Positions 42,515-55,299 are shown, numbered from the stretch's first letter. The stretch: 64,000 nt of DNA from Raja brachyura (GCA_963514005.1 OY740794.1:33666001-33730000); one strand, 5' to 3'. Made by a program: numbers and translations. The notes: generated by a model from the letters alone, not told the origin.

Positions 42515-43380
42515 GAGATGTCCTCATTCTTTAGGGAAGGGGGGTTGCCCTCTTTTCATTATAGATGAGGCTCTCACTGGGGTCTCCTCGATATCCCGTA
42601 GCTCCGCTCTTGCTTCCCCTCCCCCCCCCATTCATAACAAGGACAGAGTCCTCCTTGTCCTCACCTTCTATCCCATCAGCCATCGCATACAGCATATAAT
42701 CCTCCGACATTTTCACCAACTCCAACAGGATCCCATTACTGGCCACATCTTCCCATCTCCGCCCCTTTCTGCTTTCTGCACAGACCATTCCCTCCCCAAC
42801 TCCCTTCCCACCCAAACCACCCCCTCCACAGGTACTTTCCACTGCAGCTGCAGGAGATGCAACACCTATCCCTTTACCTCCCCCCTCGACTCCGTCCAAG
42901 GACCCCGACAGTCTTTTCAGGCGAGGCAGAGGTTCACTTGCACCTCCTCCAACCTCATCTACTGTATCCACTGTTCCAGGTGTATATCGGTGACGCAAAG
43001 CGTAGGCTCGGCGATTGTTTCATTGAAAACCTCCGTTCAGTCCGCCCAAACCTACAGGATCTCCTGGTTGCTCAGCACTAACTCCCCCTCCCATTCCCAA
43101 TCTGACCTTTCTTCCTGGGCCTCCTCCATTGTCAGTGAGGCCCAGCGCAAATTGGAGGAACAGCATCTCCTATTTTGCTTGGGTAGTTTACACCCCAGCA
43201 GTATGAACATTGAAGGTAGACACAAAATGCTGGAGTAACTCAGCAGGACAGGCAGCGTCTCTGAAGTGAAGGAATGGGTCGAGATGAGTCTGAAGAAGGG
43301 TCTCGACCCAAAACTTCACCCATTCCTTCTCTCCAGAGATGCTGCTTGTCCCGCTGAGTTACTCCAGCTTTTTGTGTCTA
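42515..43380 (+). mobile_element. Penelope-like fragment followed by an inverted terminal-repeat pair
   Basis: Same GIY-YIG region (RQRFTCTSSNLIYCIHCSRC) as 40790-41772. Confidence 0.88.
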
Positions 43381-45019
43381 ACTTCATTGAATTATCCCTC
43401 AGTAACTGTCTTGGAATGGACATGTAACATGACAATATCTAATACTAAAAAATCTTATGTTTTTCAGTCACATTTTCTGGCTACAAATTCCTCTGCCGTC
43501 AACTAGAACAGAAATTGCCAATGTAGACATGCATTTATGAAATAATAATTCACCACTTCATCTAAGCCTTCACTCAACGTTGAAAACCAATGTTCATCAT
43601 GAAGCATTATCAACAAATAAAAATAACATAACTTTCCTAAAAAGAGATCCAAATTGTTCTGCATGCTTCTTATCATAGAATTCAACGAAGAGGTTTTTTT
43701 TTTGACATGCTATCTCCAGATAATGTTTTATTTTTTTCATCTATTCATCAATAAATCACACAGTACAGAATATAACTTTCAAAAGCAAAAGTTACCAAAG
43801 GGGCAGGAACAAACCAAATGACATTAGGGTTCAAAAGTGCAAAGAGCACTTATGTAGTCACTGCAACAAAACTAATGGCGAATTCAGCAAACTATATGTA
43901 TTTATGAAATCCAACATGAAAAATCTAATCCATATGAAAGCACTATGCAGGCAGTTCTGCTGTAATAAATATTCCAACAACACTAACTGGCTCAATTAAT
44001 TTGAGAGAAACCATTTGTATTACGCAGGTTTCATCGTCTACAAACACACATCTTGATTAATGATTGACTGGAGAACTTCGGTTACATTGGGAAAGGGCAA
44101 GCAGAATGCCATCATGCAGCAATCAGACATTGTTGTCTGTTAAAAAAAATTACTACTTTTTGGCCTGAATGGCCATTAAAATTGCCATGGGATCCTTTCC
44201 ATCAACACTTGTGCGATATTACTTTATTAAAGAACAAACATGCAACCTTTAATATTCTTAGCTTGCAGTAACAAAAATAAACAGTTAAAAAGACCATTAT
44301 TTTTTAAAACTGCAGGGAAAAATAATTGTTATTTACGAGTCCAAAACTCACTCCCCCAAACCCCCATTGACACAATAATTGAAAACCACGATTTCTATGA
44401 CATACGGTTTCTTAGGAACCCAACTATCGTGTTAAAGCAGAATTACCTGTACTGTTATGCATGCTCACTCAATTTTTTTAATGTATTTTTAAAAGCAAGC
44501 ATTCAAAAGGATTTTATTCAAGTTCACTGGTTTTATTGAAATTTATAATTCCTATACAAAAATAAACAATTGAAGCTTATGTCATGTGTCACAGAAATCA
44601 AATTAAAGTGTGTTATTGGGTGTGTTTTGGTGTTTGCTTACATTTTCATTCACCAAATGCATTTTTTAGTTAAATCCATACTATTGTATAAACGTGCTGA
44701 CTTCTCCACCTGTCCTGCTCTTGCCGGGGTTGGCTTCTCCATGTCCAACTGGCAAGACAGTGTTCTCTTCCAATTGCTTAAAGGATGCTACTTCAATAAC
44801 AGCAGTTCAAATTCAAATGTCTTGTACTGAAAACCTCCCGACTAGTAGCATATAAGCAACAATGATAGGGTAAATACTGTTTGTTTGAAATATGCCATAC
44901 TACCTTTAAATAACATGCAGTAAAACATGGTAGATGTTGGACATTAGGATTTCCTTTTAATTTGCTTTTTCCCCTCTAAAAGAGTATATTATTGGAACAA
45001 ACATTTTGCACTGACTCTA

Positions 45020-45563
45020 TCCGAGACTATTCAAGGACCCAAGCAGTCTTTGGAGGTGCGGCAGAGGTTCACCTGCACCTCCTCCAACCTCATCTATTGC
45101 ATTTGCTGGTCTAGATGTCAGCTGCTCTACATCGGTGAGACCAAGTGTAGGCTTGGCGATCGCTTCGCCCAACACTTCAGCGCGATTTGCAATAACCAAC
45201 CTGATCCCCCGGTGGCTCAGCAATTCAACTCCCCCTCCCATCCCGAATCCGACCTTTCTGTCCTGGGCCTCCTCCATGGCGAGACTGAGGCCCACCGTAA
45301 ATTGGAGGAGCAGCACCTCATATTTCGGTTGGGTAGCTTACACCCCAGCGGTATGAACATTGACTTCTCCAATTTCAGGTAGTCCTTGCTTTCTCCTTTT
45401 CCATCCCCGTCCCAGCTCTCCCACCGCCTCTTCCTTTCTTCTTCCTGCCCGCCCCCCCCCCCCACATCAGTCTGAAGAAGGGTCTCAACCCGAAACGTCG
45501 CTTATTTCCTTCGCTCCATAGATGCTGCCTCACCCGCTGAGATTCTCTAGCATTTTTGTCTAC
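45020..45563 (+). mobile_element. Penelope-like 3' fragment with an intact GIY-YIG C-terminal frame
   Basis: ORF 45050-45382 (LIYCICWSRCQLLYIGETKCRLGDRFAQH...GMNIDFSNFR). Terminal repeat has CTGAAGA...GAAAC-GTC. Confidence 0.9.
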
Positions 45564-47047
45564 CTATCCTAGACGGAGTTGAATTCAATAGCTAGGAATA
45601 GTGAGAGATGGAGATCGGCTATATTAATAGTTTTGGTACACGATATGCAGTGTCTAAATTAATTGTTTTATTATTAGTAATGTACAAACAGAATAAGGTG
45701 AAAACCTTGGCCAATTACAAAAATGTGAATTCAATTTCTGCTCCACGGGCATATTCCGATTTTTCTCTTCAGCGCAGTTGTTGTTGGGCTGCCGTCTCAA
45801 AGAAATTATCTTTTAACTGAGGGTAAACAGGGTTTTTTGGTGTAAGTGAAAAGGTTACAGAACAGTTCTATGAGCAGCAGACTTGTCCTTGCAATTCTTA
45901 TCACTCAATTTTTCTAAAACAGACTATCTAATCATTTCTCTCACTGTTATTTGTACGATTTTGTTAAATGCAACACTTCACTAAATTACAAAGTGAATAC
46001 ACTTTAAGAGTACTTATCTCCTGAACAAGTGCCGTTGTTTGAATATATAGATCTTTGAGGAAAAAAACGATCAAGTTGTCAAAAGGAAACACTTGCTTAA
46101 ACTATGTACGTGCACATTTCTGCAACATGTATCCATCACACTTTTTGCCAACATTCATGGTACATTTAAAAACAGCATGTATGTGTGATGTAATAACCCT
46201 TCGCTATGTTTAGGCATCCACTTTATTCAATTCAATTATTGATTGGTTGTCATTATCCTGGATCAGTTAATCAGGCTAATACAAAACATTTTACTTGTTC
46301 CTTTCATGGACCATATGGGTCAGATTGCCTGACATTTGCAGTTAAAGAAAACTTTAAAGCAATAAAGTGACTGGGAGGCAGACAAGAAATACAACTGTAA
46401 TTTCAAAGAACTTTCTTTAAATTGTTCACACTCTCTGGTTACCAGAAAAACAAACCTAATCTTTTTAGAATGACATACCTCTATGGTCTACTGGAAAAGT
46501 GTATCAATTGATAACAGTAATTGGCAATTAATACATCCGGTCATTGACTAATTAATTTGAAAAATTAATCTATATTTCCAGTCTTGCTGAATAATTCTGG
46601 AATAATAAAAATCCTGAAATGATTTGTAATTTAGATAAATTGCTGCCCCCTAGAGCCCAGTCTGCCCCGGTGCAAGACCAAAACCAATATTGTGCTGGAC
46701 TCTCCAAATACTTTAGTTCGCAGGACACCAAATAACCATTGTTGGCCAATACAGTTTTCCTCTATTAAGTAAAAAATAATATTCCCAGCTAATACAAAGG
46801 ATTTTATCTGATTTGAAATGTCACTTAAAGGTTTCAATAATATAAATAAATGTAGGGAACATAACTGTAACCTGCCTTTCAAACACATCTGTGAAAATGT
46901 ATACTATTTAAGTCTTTTTGATCAGATGAAGGGAATTCTGGTAAATAAACAAGCTACTTAGGTAAAAAAAATTATTCCCACTGCCAATAATAGGTATTCA
47001 ACGAATGGCTTGCCAGTTTCAGCTTGTCAAAACATTGTGGTTTGCAA

Positions 47048-47262
47048 CATAGAAAATAGATGCAGGAGGAGGCCATTCGGCCCTTCAAGCCAGCATCACC
47101 ATTCATTGTGATCATGGCCGATCGTCCGCTATCAATATCCCGTGCCTCCCTTCTCCCCATATCCCTTGACTCCACTAGCCCATAGAGCTCTATCCAACTC
47201 TCTCTTAAACCCATCCAGTGATTTGGCCTCCACTGCCCTCTGTGTCAGGGAATTCCATAAAT
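47048..47262 (-). mobile_element. CR1 3' end
   Basis: LWNSLTQRAVEAKSLDGFKRELD plus the shared tail. Confidence 0.85.
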
Positions 47263-49431
47263 GGAACTTACTGTATTCTTGACTTAGCTTCTGACTTTTC
47301 ATGTCATGCATGGCCGCTATATCCCTCACGTAGGTTAGGGTTTACAATATCTCCTGTTCAGCAAAGCAAAGCGTTCTTCAAGAAACTCAGCCCTTGTTAC
47401 ATTGGTGTGGGCCACCCAGTGTTATGGCTGTTAGGATAGAGCAAATTAGCCCTATGGAGTTCACAACTCACTGCCCAAAAAATTGAGATATCAAATAAAA
47501 TGTTCCAATTAAATATATGCAAAACATAAAACAACAATTTTTATCACCATGTTTATTGACACATGCAGACAAAGCAACTTTGTGTTAAGCAAAGCGGCAC
47601 AAAACATTTTTTAGAAATGCAATCCTCAACCCTATGACACAGAGTTTGCCTGTATTCATCATGATAAGAGAAGTTTTAATGAATGTTCTGTGTTTTAAAT
47701 TTGAGGCAGATTAAAGCAAAACCTGATTGCAACTAAACAGTGAAACTGGAACAGCAAAGCCCAAAGTTTATTTAAGACGTTGGAGTGAGTCTTAAATGTA
47801 TAATATAACTCACGGTTAAACAGGAGATTTTTTCTGTTGCAACTGTGATGGGGAAATATTAAGAAAATGCACACTACTACATATACAAGTTTCTTCTCTA
47901 TCCCTTCACCTGACACCACCAGCAATCTGAAACTAAGCCAATAGTCTAACATATAGAACATCGTCTTTCTGCCCTGTCCAATAAAGCAAGGAACATAGAG
48001 ATCTGTCCCTGGTAACCATGCAGTTAGCAGAACCAAGCTAACCATACAGTCGTCTGGCCAATGTTTCAGATCAAAATGACACAATGCATCTTCTATTCCA
48101 TCGAACCTACCTTTCAAATGGCCACAGATCTCTGAGGCTGAAATGATTACAAAGATATAATCCAGTGGAACCAGTCATATAATATACTCTCATTGACACA
48201 TAAATAAGGTCCAGTTACCCGGGAACGATTAATTCCTGAGAAAGAAATCGCAGCATGAAAAAGCATGTATGCAATGTCTTTTCTTGATATGTTTTCCCAT
48301 TTCAGTTGCAGTTTCCTGGTACTCCAATCCAGAGGAAAAGTTTATCTGCCCAAATCCCATTGCTTCGACTCTTAAGTAGCAAAAGCAAAATATGTAAAAA
48401 AATGTCAAAGCCTGCAGTCCAGACCTGGCTCTGCACAGAACTATAGCCCTTCAGCTTCACCTGACCAGAGAGCACATTCACCATCCTGACCCAATGATAT
48501 CAGATGTTTATTGGTGCAAGGATTATAAATGTATGACTTCTGAGTACTCCAGAACACAAAGCAGAGTGCTGATAAAACAGAAACAAGTTTAGTGTTTTTA
48601 GGTATTTATTTAGCTTGACAGAAGTAAAAAGTTGGCCACAAACAGAGATGTTCAAAACCATGGTTGCTTCTGATTTCACAAACCATTTGGATAGGAAAAC
48701 AGTTATAACATTTGCAATACCACTAAACGAACAACTGGCAATGGAAGAAAGCTCTGATAAAAATGGCATATTTGATGTGAGTGTATGTCACAAATTGAAA
48801 TCAAAAGTATGAGTTGGCATACAGAGACCACATATTCCCTGCGAACATCTGGATAGGATGGAGTCTGGAGGTGCCCAATCAGATGTCAAAGAAATGAACG
48901 GTGCGATTCGATTTCAATTGGGAAAAAAGTTTCCACTTGTTGGTGAATCCAAAACTGATGGGGAAAATATAAATTTGACTCAAATTAATCAATTGAGGAG
49001 AAGTGGGAGCACCAAAGAGAAGGCACTATACGAATAAACATGACGAGGTAACATAAGAATAGACAAAGTAGCATAAAGATAATGGAAGGAGACTTGCCTT
49101 CACAATATATTTCTGTTCTTAGAATTACATACAGATCAGACAAAACTCTTCTGGTGAATTTGGGAATCAGTGGAAGTTTCCAACCGCCAAACTGAAAACA
49201 TCACACACACAAAAAACTACCATGTATATATATAGCATTTTTAGCAATTAAGAAATACTGTTTTAATGAAAACATTAATACAGATTTTTTTGCGACCGTT
49301 TGAAACAAAAAGTTAAAATTCGGGGGATTTTTGGCACTATATAATATTAACCCTGCATTTGGCTTAAAAATTGGTCTTCAGAGTGAAAATAATGCAGTGA
49401 AAACATGTGTGTACCTGTTCTGGACACTTAA

Positions 49432-50009
49432 GGGCCTGTCCCACTTAGGCGATTTTTTTCGGCAACAACCATATGGTCGCAGCGTGATGCGGGGGTGACA
49501 CCTGTATTGTCGTGAGCGGTCTCCTCAAGTGTTGTTACTTATTTCTTGTCGCCACTGGATTTTAAAATGTTCAAAACCTCTCGGCGACAGTGGGCATGAC
49601 GTTGCCTAATGTTGCCTGTCTTCTCCTGTCGTAGGTTGTCACCAGGATGACGCCAGGTGAGGTTGGTTGTCACCGGGTCATGACCTTGGTGAATTCCAAT
49701 CGGCGATAGTTCCGGCGTCAAGAGAAGTATTTAGTTGTCTTCCTTTCTCGCCGACAGGGTCGTAGCTTGTCGCTGGTCGGAGGTAGGTTGACTTCGGGCA
49801 TCGCAGGTTGTCGCCTGTGTGGTCGCAGGTTGTCGTAGATGTGATCGTACCAAGTCACGAGGAATTGTGTCGCCGGTTGACGCAGCTTGACGTCGACTAG
49901 ATGGTAGCTGGTCGTGGACATTGTCGTGGGGTGGGTGCATTTCCGGCGTCACGCCACGACAGTGCCAGTCGTCAGTTGCCTAAAAAAATCGCCTAAGTGG
50001 GACAGGCCC
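49432..50009. mobile_element. Non-autonomous DNA transposon (MITE) with TIRs and TTAA flanks
   Basis: TIR GGGCCTGTCCCACTTAGGCGATTTTTTT at both ends; TTAA at 49428-49431 and 50010-50013. Kolobok or PIF/Harbinger type, not resolved. Confidence 0.88.
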
Positions 50010-51157
50010 TTAAGTAAAACAGTAGTCAGCAAGGTGACTGGTTAAAATTATTGTTGAAGTCGTGGTGCGCCTGGATGAACACAGCTACTAACAGTGATGA
50101 ACAACTTCAATTGTGCAGCTATCATTTGTCACTTCTAATTTAAATGCAATTTATTATAAAATAGCAAGATTGCCCAACTGAAAATTCTCATAGGTTTGTC
50201 AATAGATAATTTAATAACTGAATATCCTGATTGTTAAATGTTGAACACAACCAAAGTATCAACCCCAAATTGAACTAAAAATGATTAATTCAAATTTGAC
50301 TTGGACAAATAGTAAATTTTACTGTGATAAAAAGAAAATTTACCAAATCTGTTGATAATATTTTAAGATGCGCCAAATCCCCTTTCAAATATTTAAACAA
50401 TTTGGCAATTCCACTTAATCAATGTAAATTTATCTTCAGCAACTGGCTTTCAAAATCAAATTTACCAATACTGTACATTTTCATCATTCAATGCTTTCCT
50501 TTCCTTGTTGACATCTACTGCTTTCTAATAATCAATAAACCAACTGTAAAATTATCTGTGGTCTTGTCATATCAAGGTCAGCCACCATTGTGACATCTGA
50601 CACTCCAGACCCACACCATCTTTCCTTCAACTGTTCATGTTAATATCCCTGAAGTCTCTCTGCGCATGGTTTTGTAACATCCATATAACTGGATATATTG
50701 GTAGATTTTGGCAATTGGGACCCAAGCATTAACCCAACAAAAGCCCACTAATCACATCATCCCAAATACAACCCCCTGCTGGACCCTCTGCAGTTTGCAT
50801 ATCAGGCCAATAGATCTGTGGATGATGCAAACGCTCAGCATAGGAGCACCGCAAGGCTGCGTACTCTCTCTACACCAACAACTGCACCTCCACAGACACC
50901 TCTGTCAAGCTTCTCAAGTTTGCTGACGACACAACCCTGATTGGACTGATCCAGGATGGGGAGGAATCTGCCTACAGACAGGAAGTGTCACAGCTGGCAT
51001 CCTGGTGCCGTCGCAACAACCTGGAGCTCAATGCTCTTAATAAAGTGGAATCGAATGTAGACTTTAGGAGAGCTCCCCCACCCCTCAACCCACTCACCAT
51101 CAACAACACCACAGTTACATCTGTGGAGTCTTTTAAGTTCCCGGGAACCATCATCTC

Positions 51158-51298
51158 TTCTTCTTCTTCCTCCGTGTGGCGTGCACAGACTAAAGTTGTA
51201 GGACAACTTGTTCTATTTGATCTTCTGTTTGTGCACGTCGAGTTGATTGCATTAGTCGAAACAGGGTGGACCACGTGAAGGTTGCAATCTTCCACCCC
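51158..51298 (-). mobile_element. Short retroposon with HDV-like ribozyme head and (GAA)n tail, copy A
   Basis: Inserted in a Rex1/Babar-like LINE with a 14-bp TSD GGAACCATCATCTC (51144-51157 and 51299-51312). Homologous to 27948-28098. Confidence 0.85.
51245..51298 (-). ncRNA. Minimal HDV/CPEB3-like self-cleaving ribozyme (predicted), copy A
   Basis: GGGGUGG-AA-GAUUGCA-ACC-UUCACGU-GGU-CCACCCU-GU-UUCGA-CUAA-UGCAAUC. This gives P1 7 bp with G1-U wobble, P2 7 bp, P3 3 bp, L3 UUCACGU and J4/2 C-N-A-A. Confidence 0.75.
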
Positions 51299-51961
51299 GG
51301 AACCATCATCTCCAAGGACCTTAAGTGGGGGGCTACCATCGACTCCAGTGTCAAAAAAGGCACAACAGAGGATGTACTTCCTACGGCAGCTGAGGAAGCA
51401 CAATCTGCCACAGGTAATGATGGTCCAATTCTACACCGCCATCGTAGAGTCTGTTCTCACCTTCTCCATCATAGTCTGGTTTGGCTCAGCCACCAAGCAC
51501 GACTCCTGGAGGCTGCAGCGAATCGTCTGATCAGCAGAGAAGGTTATTGGCTGCAACCTTCCCTCCATTGATGAACTGTACACTGCAAGGGCCAGGAAGC
51601 GAGCGAGCAAGATTATCTCTGACCCCTCTCACCCTGGCCACAAACTCTCTGAATCACTTCCCTCTGGAAGGTGACTCCGGACTGTCAAAGCTGCCACAGC
51701 CAGACATAAAAAGAGTTTTTATCCACGAATAGTTGCTCTACTCAACAGCCAAAATCTGTAGCCTCCCTTTGATCTGGTATTTTGTTGGTTCACATGCTTG
51801 ATCAATGGTGTTTTATCATAAATGTTTTATTATTATTAATGCTTAGTGTTTTCTGAGTCATTCGTAACTGTCACTGTATGTCATGTTGTTACTTGTCGGC
51901 GGAGCACCAAAGCAAATCCCTTGTATGTGAATACTTGGCCAATAAACTAACTTACTTAATT

Positions 51962-52155
51962 TCTGCAGGACAGGCAGCATCTCTGGAGAGAAGGAATGGG
52001 TGACGTTTCAGATCGAGACCCTTCTTCAGACTGAAAGATCTCGACCCGAAACATCACACATTCCTTCTCACCAGAGATGCTGCCTGTTCCGCTGAGATAC
52101 TCCAGGATTTTGTGTCTACCTTCAATTTAAACCATCATCTGCAGTTCTTTCCTAC
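51962..52155. mobile_element. Palindromic Penelope-derived mini-element
   Basis: Inverted pair of terminal repeats around cagactgaaag. Confidence 0.75.
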
Positions 52156-52409
52156 ATTATTTATTTCTGCTGTTTTTGTATGTTAAACAATCCATCTTAC
52201 AATACATTACCAAATCTATCATATTGGAACTGTGCTTAAATCCCTCTTATGTCACCTTTTCAAAGGTCTTCCAATATTCCAACTACTATTGCCCAAGTTT
52301 CAGGCAAAATTTTTAATTTCCATATTATTTCCATATTCCCCAAAATGATTTCTTTCATAACAGTTTTGAGATCCTGATTAATGTTAGCTAATATTTTTCT
52401 CCTTTCAGC

Positions 52410-52970
52410 ATAGAATCATAGAAAATAGGTGCAGGAGTAGGCTATTCAGCCTTTCGAGCCTGCACCGCCATTCAATATGATCATGGCTGATTATCCAACT
52501 CAGTATTCTGTACCTGCCTTCTCTCCATACCCCCTGATCCCTTTAGCCACAAGTGCCACATCTAGCTCCCTCTTAAATATAGCCAATGAACTGGCCTCAA
52601 CTACCTTCTGTGGCAGAGAATTCCACAGACTCACCACTCTCTGTGTGAAAAACGATCTTCTCATCTCGGTCCTAAAAGACTTCCCCCTTATCCTTAAACT
52701 GTGACCCCTTGTTCTGGACTTCCCCAACATCGGGAACAATCTTCCTGCATCTAGCCTGTCCAATCCCTTAAGAATTTTGTACGCCTCTATAAGATCCCCC
52801 CTCAATCTCCTAAATTCCAGCGAGTACAAGCCGAGTCTATCCAGTCTTTCTTCATATGGAAGTTCTGCCATCTCAGGAATCAGTCTGGTGAACCTTCTCT
52901 GTACTCCCTCTATGGCAAGAATGTCTTTCCTCAGATTAGGAGACCAAAACTGTACGCAATACTCCAGGTG
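52410..52970 (-). mobile_element. Young CR1 LINE 3' end (open frame 52500-52970)
   Basis: HLEYCVQFWSPNLRKDILAIEGVQRRFTRLIP...FFTQRVVSLWNSLP plus tail. Confidence 0.92.
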
Positions 52971-54778
52971 TGTCCCTGCTCTTGTACTCAAATCATATCT
53001 ATAGACTTTGTCATTCTGTTGAATGATATTACCTCCTTACTCTGCTTTCACTTATCAATGTTTTGTCCTCCTTTACCAATTTCTGAAATTATCCAATGGT
53101 CAGGCTTTCTGTTCTTTCTGGAAACATAAGAAAACTTTTACTCGATTGAATTCAATTTCATTTCACTTGTGAACTACAACTGTGCCACTTGCCCAATTGA
53201 GTTTTTGGTCCTTAAAAGTATGTTATGAAGTATGTAATAATTACTTAAATATTAGCCATTGCTTATTTACCATCATATATTTCAGTACATATTCACAATC
53301 TAGCAAAGCAAACTTACGCCTCATACTCTGGTTTTGTTCAGACTCAAGACACTGATTTCACATTTAATAAACAAGTTTAAACTTCACTTTCATTAGGGGT
53401 GAATTTTAAATGGGCTGTCGCTGATTATTAATTATGCCCCATTTTGGTGTCACCGTACATTTTGGAATGCTTATTCTGATTCCATAGTCTATATGGTTTT
53501 TCGAAGTAGTGAATAACTGTCCCAGTCATTGCATAATTTACCACCTTCAGCCATTTCAATAAATACCTATAACCTTTTTTTTTAGGTTTGTGTCCCTGTC
53601 ACTTGGCCAGTGACATTGGTCATTCGGTCCTATGTCATGCAGTACCCAATAGGAGGTTTTGAGAAAATTCTAAATATTTACTATATTACCCTTGTATACA
53701 CATACTTCTAAAATATAAGGTTTTCACATACATGACTACTCTTTTGAAATTGTTAATTCTTCCAATTATTACCATTTTTCTTTACATTGAGTTACAATTC
53801 CTTTGTCTAGCCTATATACCATTTTGTCTAATTAATAGTATATGCCCCTTCACTATTTTTAAATTGCCAGGCATACAGTAATGACTAAGCAGTAATTGTC
53901 TGTAAGTATGTGCTTAAATTCAGTTCACTTGGCACCTGTGCTTCCAACAATGTATCCAAGTCATGTTTCGATCTTAAAAATACTAATCTTTCAAAGCAAA
54001 TTATTTGATTTACCAATGATAATTTTTCAAATATCTGCATGGTCACCCACTATCCGACATCTGTAAATTGTTCCTTGAACTTTTCCACTTCTTCATCTCC
54101 TTAAAAATGTTCTTCAAACTCCGTCAGGCTTCTGGTCACCCGCTCAAGAACAAAATAGGAGCGACCATTAGACCCATCAAGCTGGTACTGCCATTTAATA
54201 TGATCATCATCACTACGTACGTACAAATGACAGTGCAGCACAGGAACAGGCCACAATGTCTGTGCCAAACATGATGCCAAATTAAACTAATGTCCTCTGT
54301 CTGTAAGTGATCCATATCTCTCCATTCATAGCCATGTCCCTTCTCTGCCATTTCTACATACCCCACTATTCATTTATCCACCTCCATTTTAAATACTACT
54401 AGTGTTCCAGCTTCCCCAAATCACCAGAAAATAAAATCCCAGAGATTCACCACCATGGATCACGTGCAGGCAGAGATTAGTTTCATTTAGCAGTGTTCAG
54501 TACGGACATTGTAGACTGAAAGGCCTGATCCTGCGCTGCACTGTTCTATGTAAGTAAGTAGCGAAGATAACCATACTACATTGGAGTACACAGTTGAAGG
54601 ACCTCATGGTCGCTCCTATTTTCTGGAGAGGAATTGTATGTGAACCCCAGTTTTAAATAACTTCCCCTGTATCTTGTAGTCATGTCCAATCGTCGAGAAT
54701 CTCCCATTCAGGTTAACTTTTATAGTTGAGGCAATATATGAAAAGGGATTTACATTGGACAAACAGCACAATATCAAT

Positions 54779-54941
54779 GGTACACAAAATGCTGGAGAAA
54801 CTCAGCGGGTGCAGCAGCATCTATGGAGTGAAGGAGATAGGCAACGTTTCGGGCCGAAACCCTTCTTCAGATGCTGCACCCGCTGAGTTTCTCCAGCATT
54901 TTGTGTACCCTCGATTTTCCAGCATCTGCAGTTCCTTCTTT
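54779..54941. mobile_element. Palindromic Penelope-derived mini-element with TSD
   Basis: 14-bp TSD AGCACAATATCAAT (54765-54778 and 54942-54955); closely similar to 5683-5889. Confidence 0.82.
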
Positions 54942-55299
54942 AGCACAATATCAATAACTGGATGAAACTAAGCAACGGGCCATTCAAAACCTCACATTTT
55001 GTTCTATTGCAGGTGGCTACGAGGAGAGAGATCAGGGTTCAGTGTTGTTACCTGCGCTTCCAACGTTGTCTTTTAGCCAACTTTCGATTTTTTTAAATTC
55101 TCATTTGTCGAAGCAAATGCATATCAGTGTAGATGTGGTAACATTTACCTCCATCCACATCATATTTTGTTTTCGATCACGTGATAAACCAGGATTAGAT
55201 GCACTGTTAAATGTTTCACGAATGTAAATGTTGACATATTTAACTATAGCCCCGTTCTTATTTTCTATTATTACATTTCTATTTCAATTCCTCCAGGAG

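Larger units (their letters stand above)
50770..51960 (+). mobile_element. Rex1/Babar-like LINE, internally deleted 3' part
   Basis: LDPLQFAY, GAPQGCVLS, KFADDTTLIGLI, WCRRNNLELN and KKAQQRMYFLRQLRK motifs; ends aataaactaacttactta. Confidence 0.85.

Noticed and set aside
42450-43238. 262-aa ORF as a host gene
   Set aside because: It is a frameshifted Penelope fragment; the 40752-41381 and 42531-42998 ORFs are antisense frames of such fragments.
51158-51298. H/ACA snoRNA origin for the two-hairpin retroposon
   Set aside because: No ANANNA hinge between the domains; the HDV pseudoknot explains the 5' domain far better.
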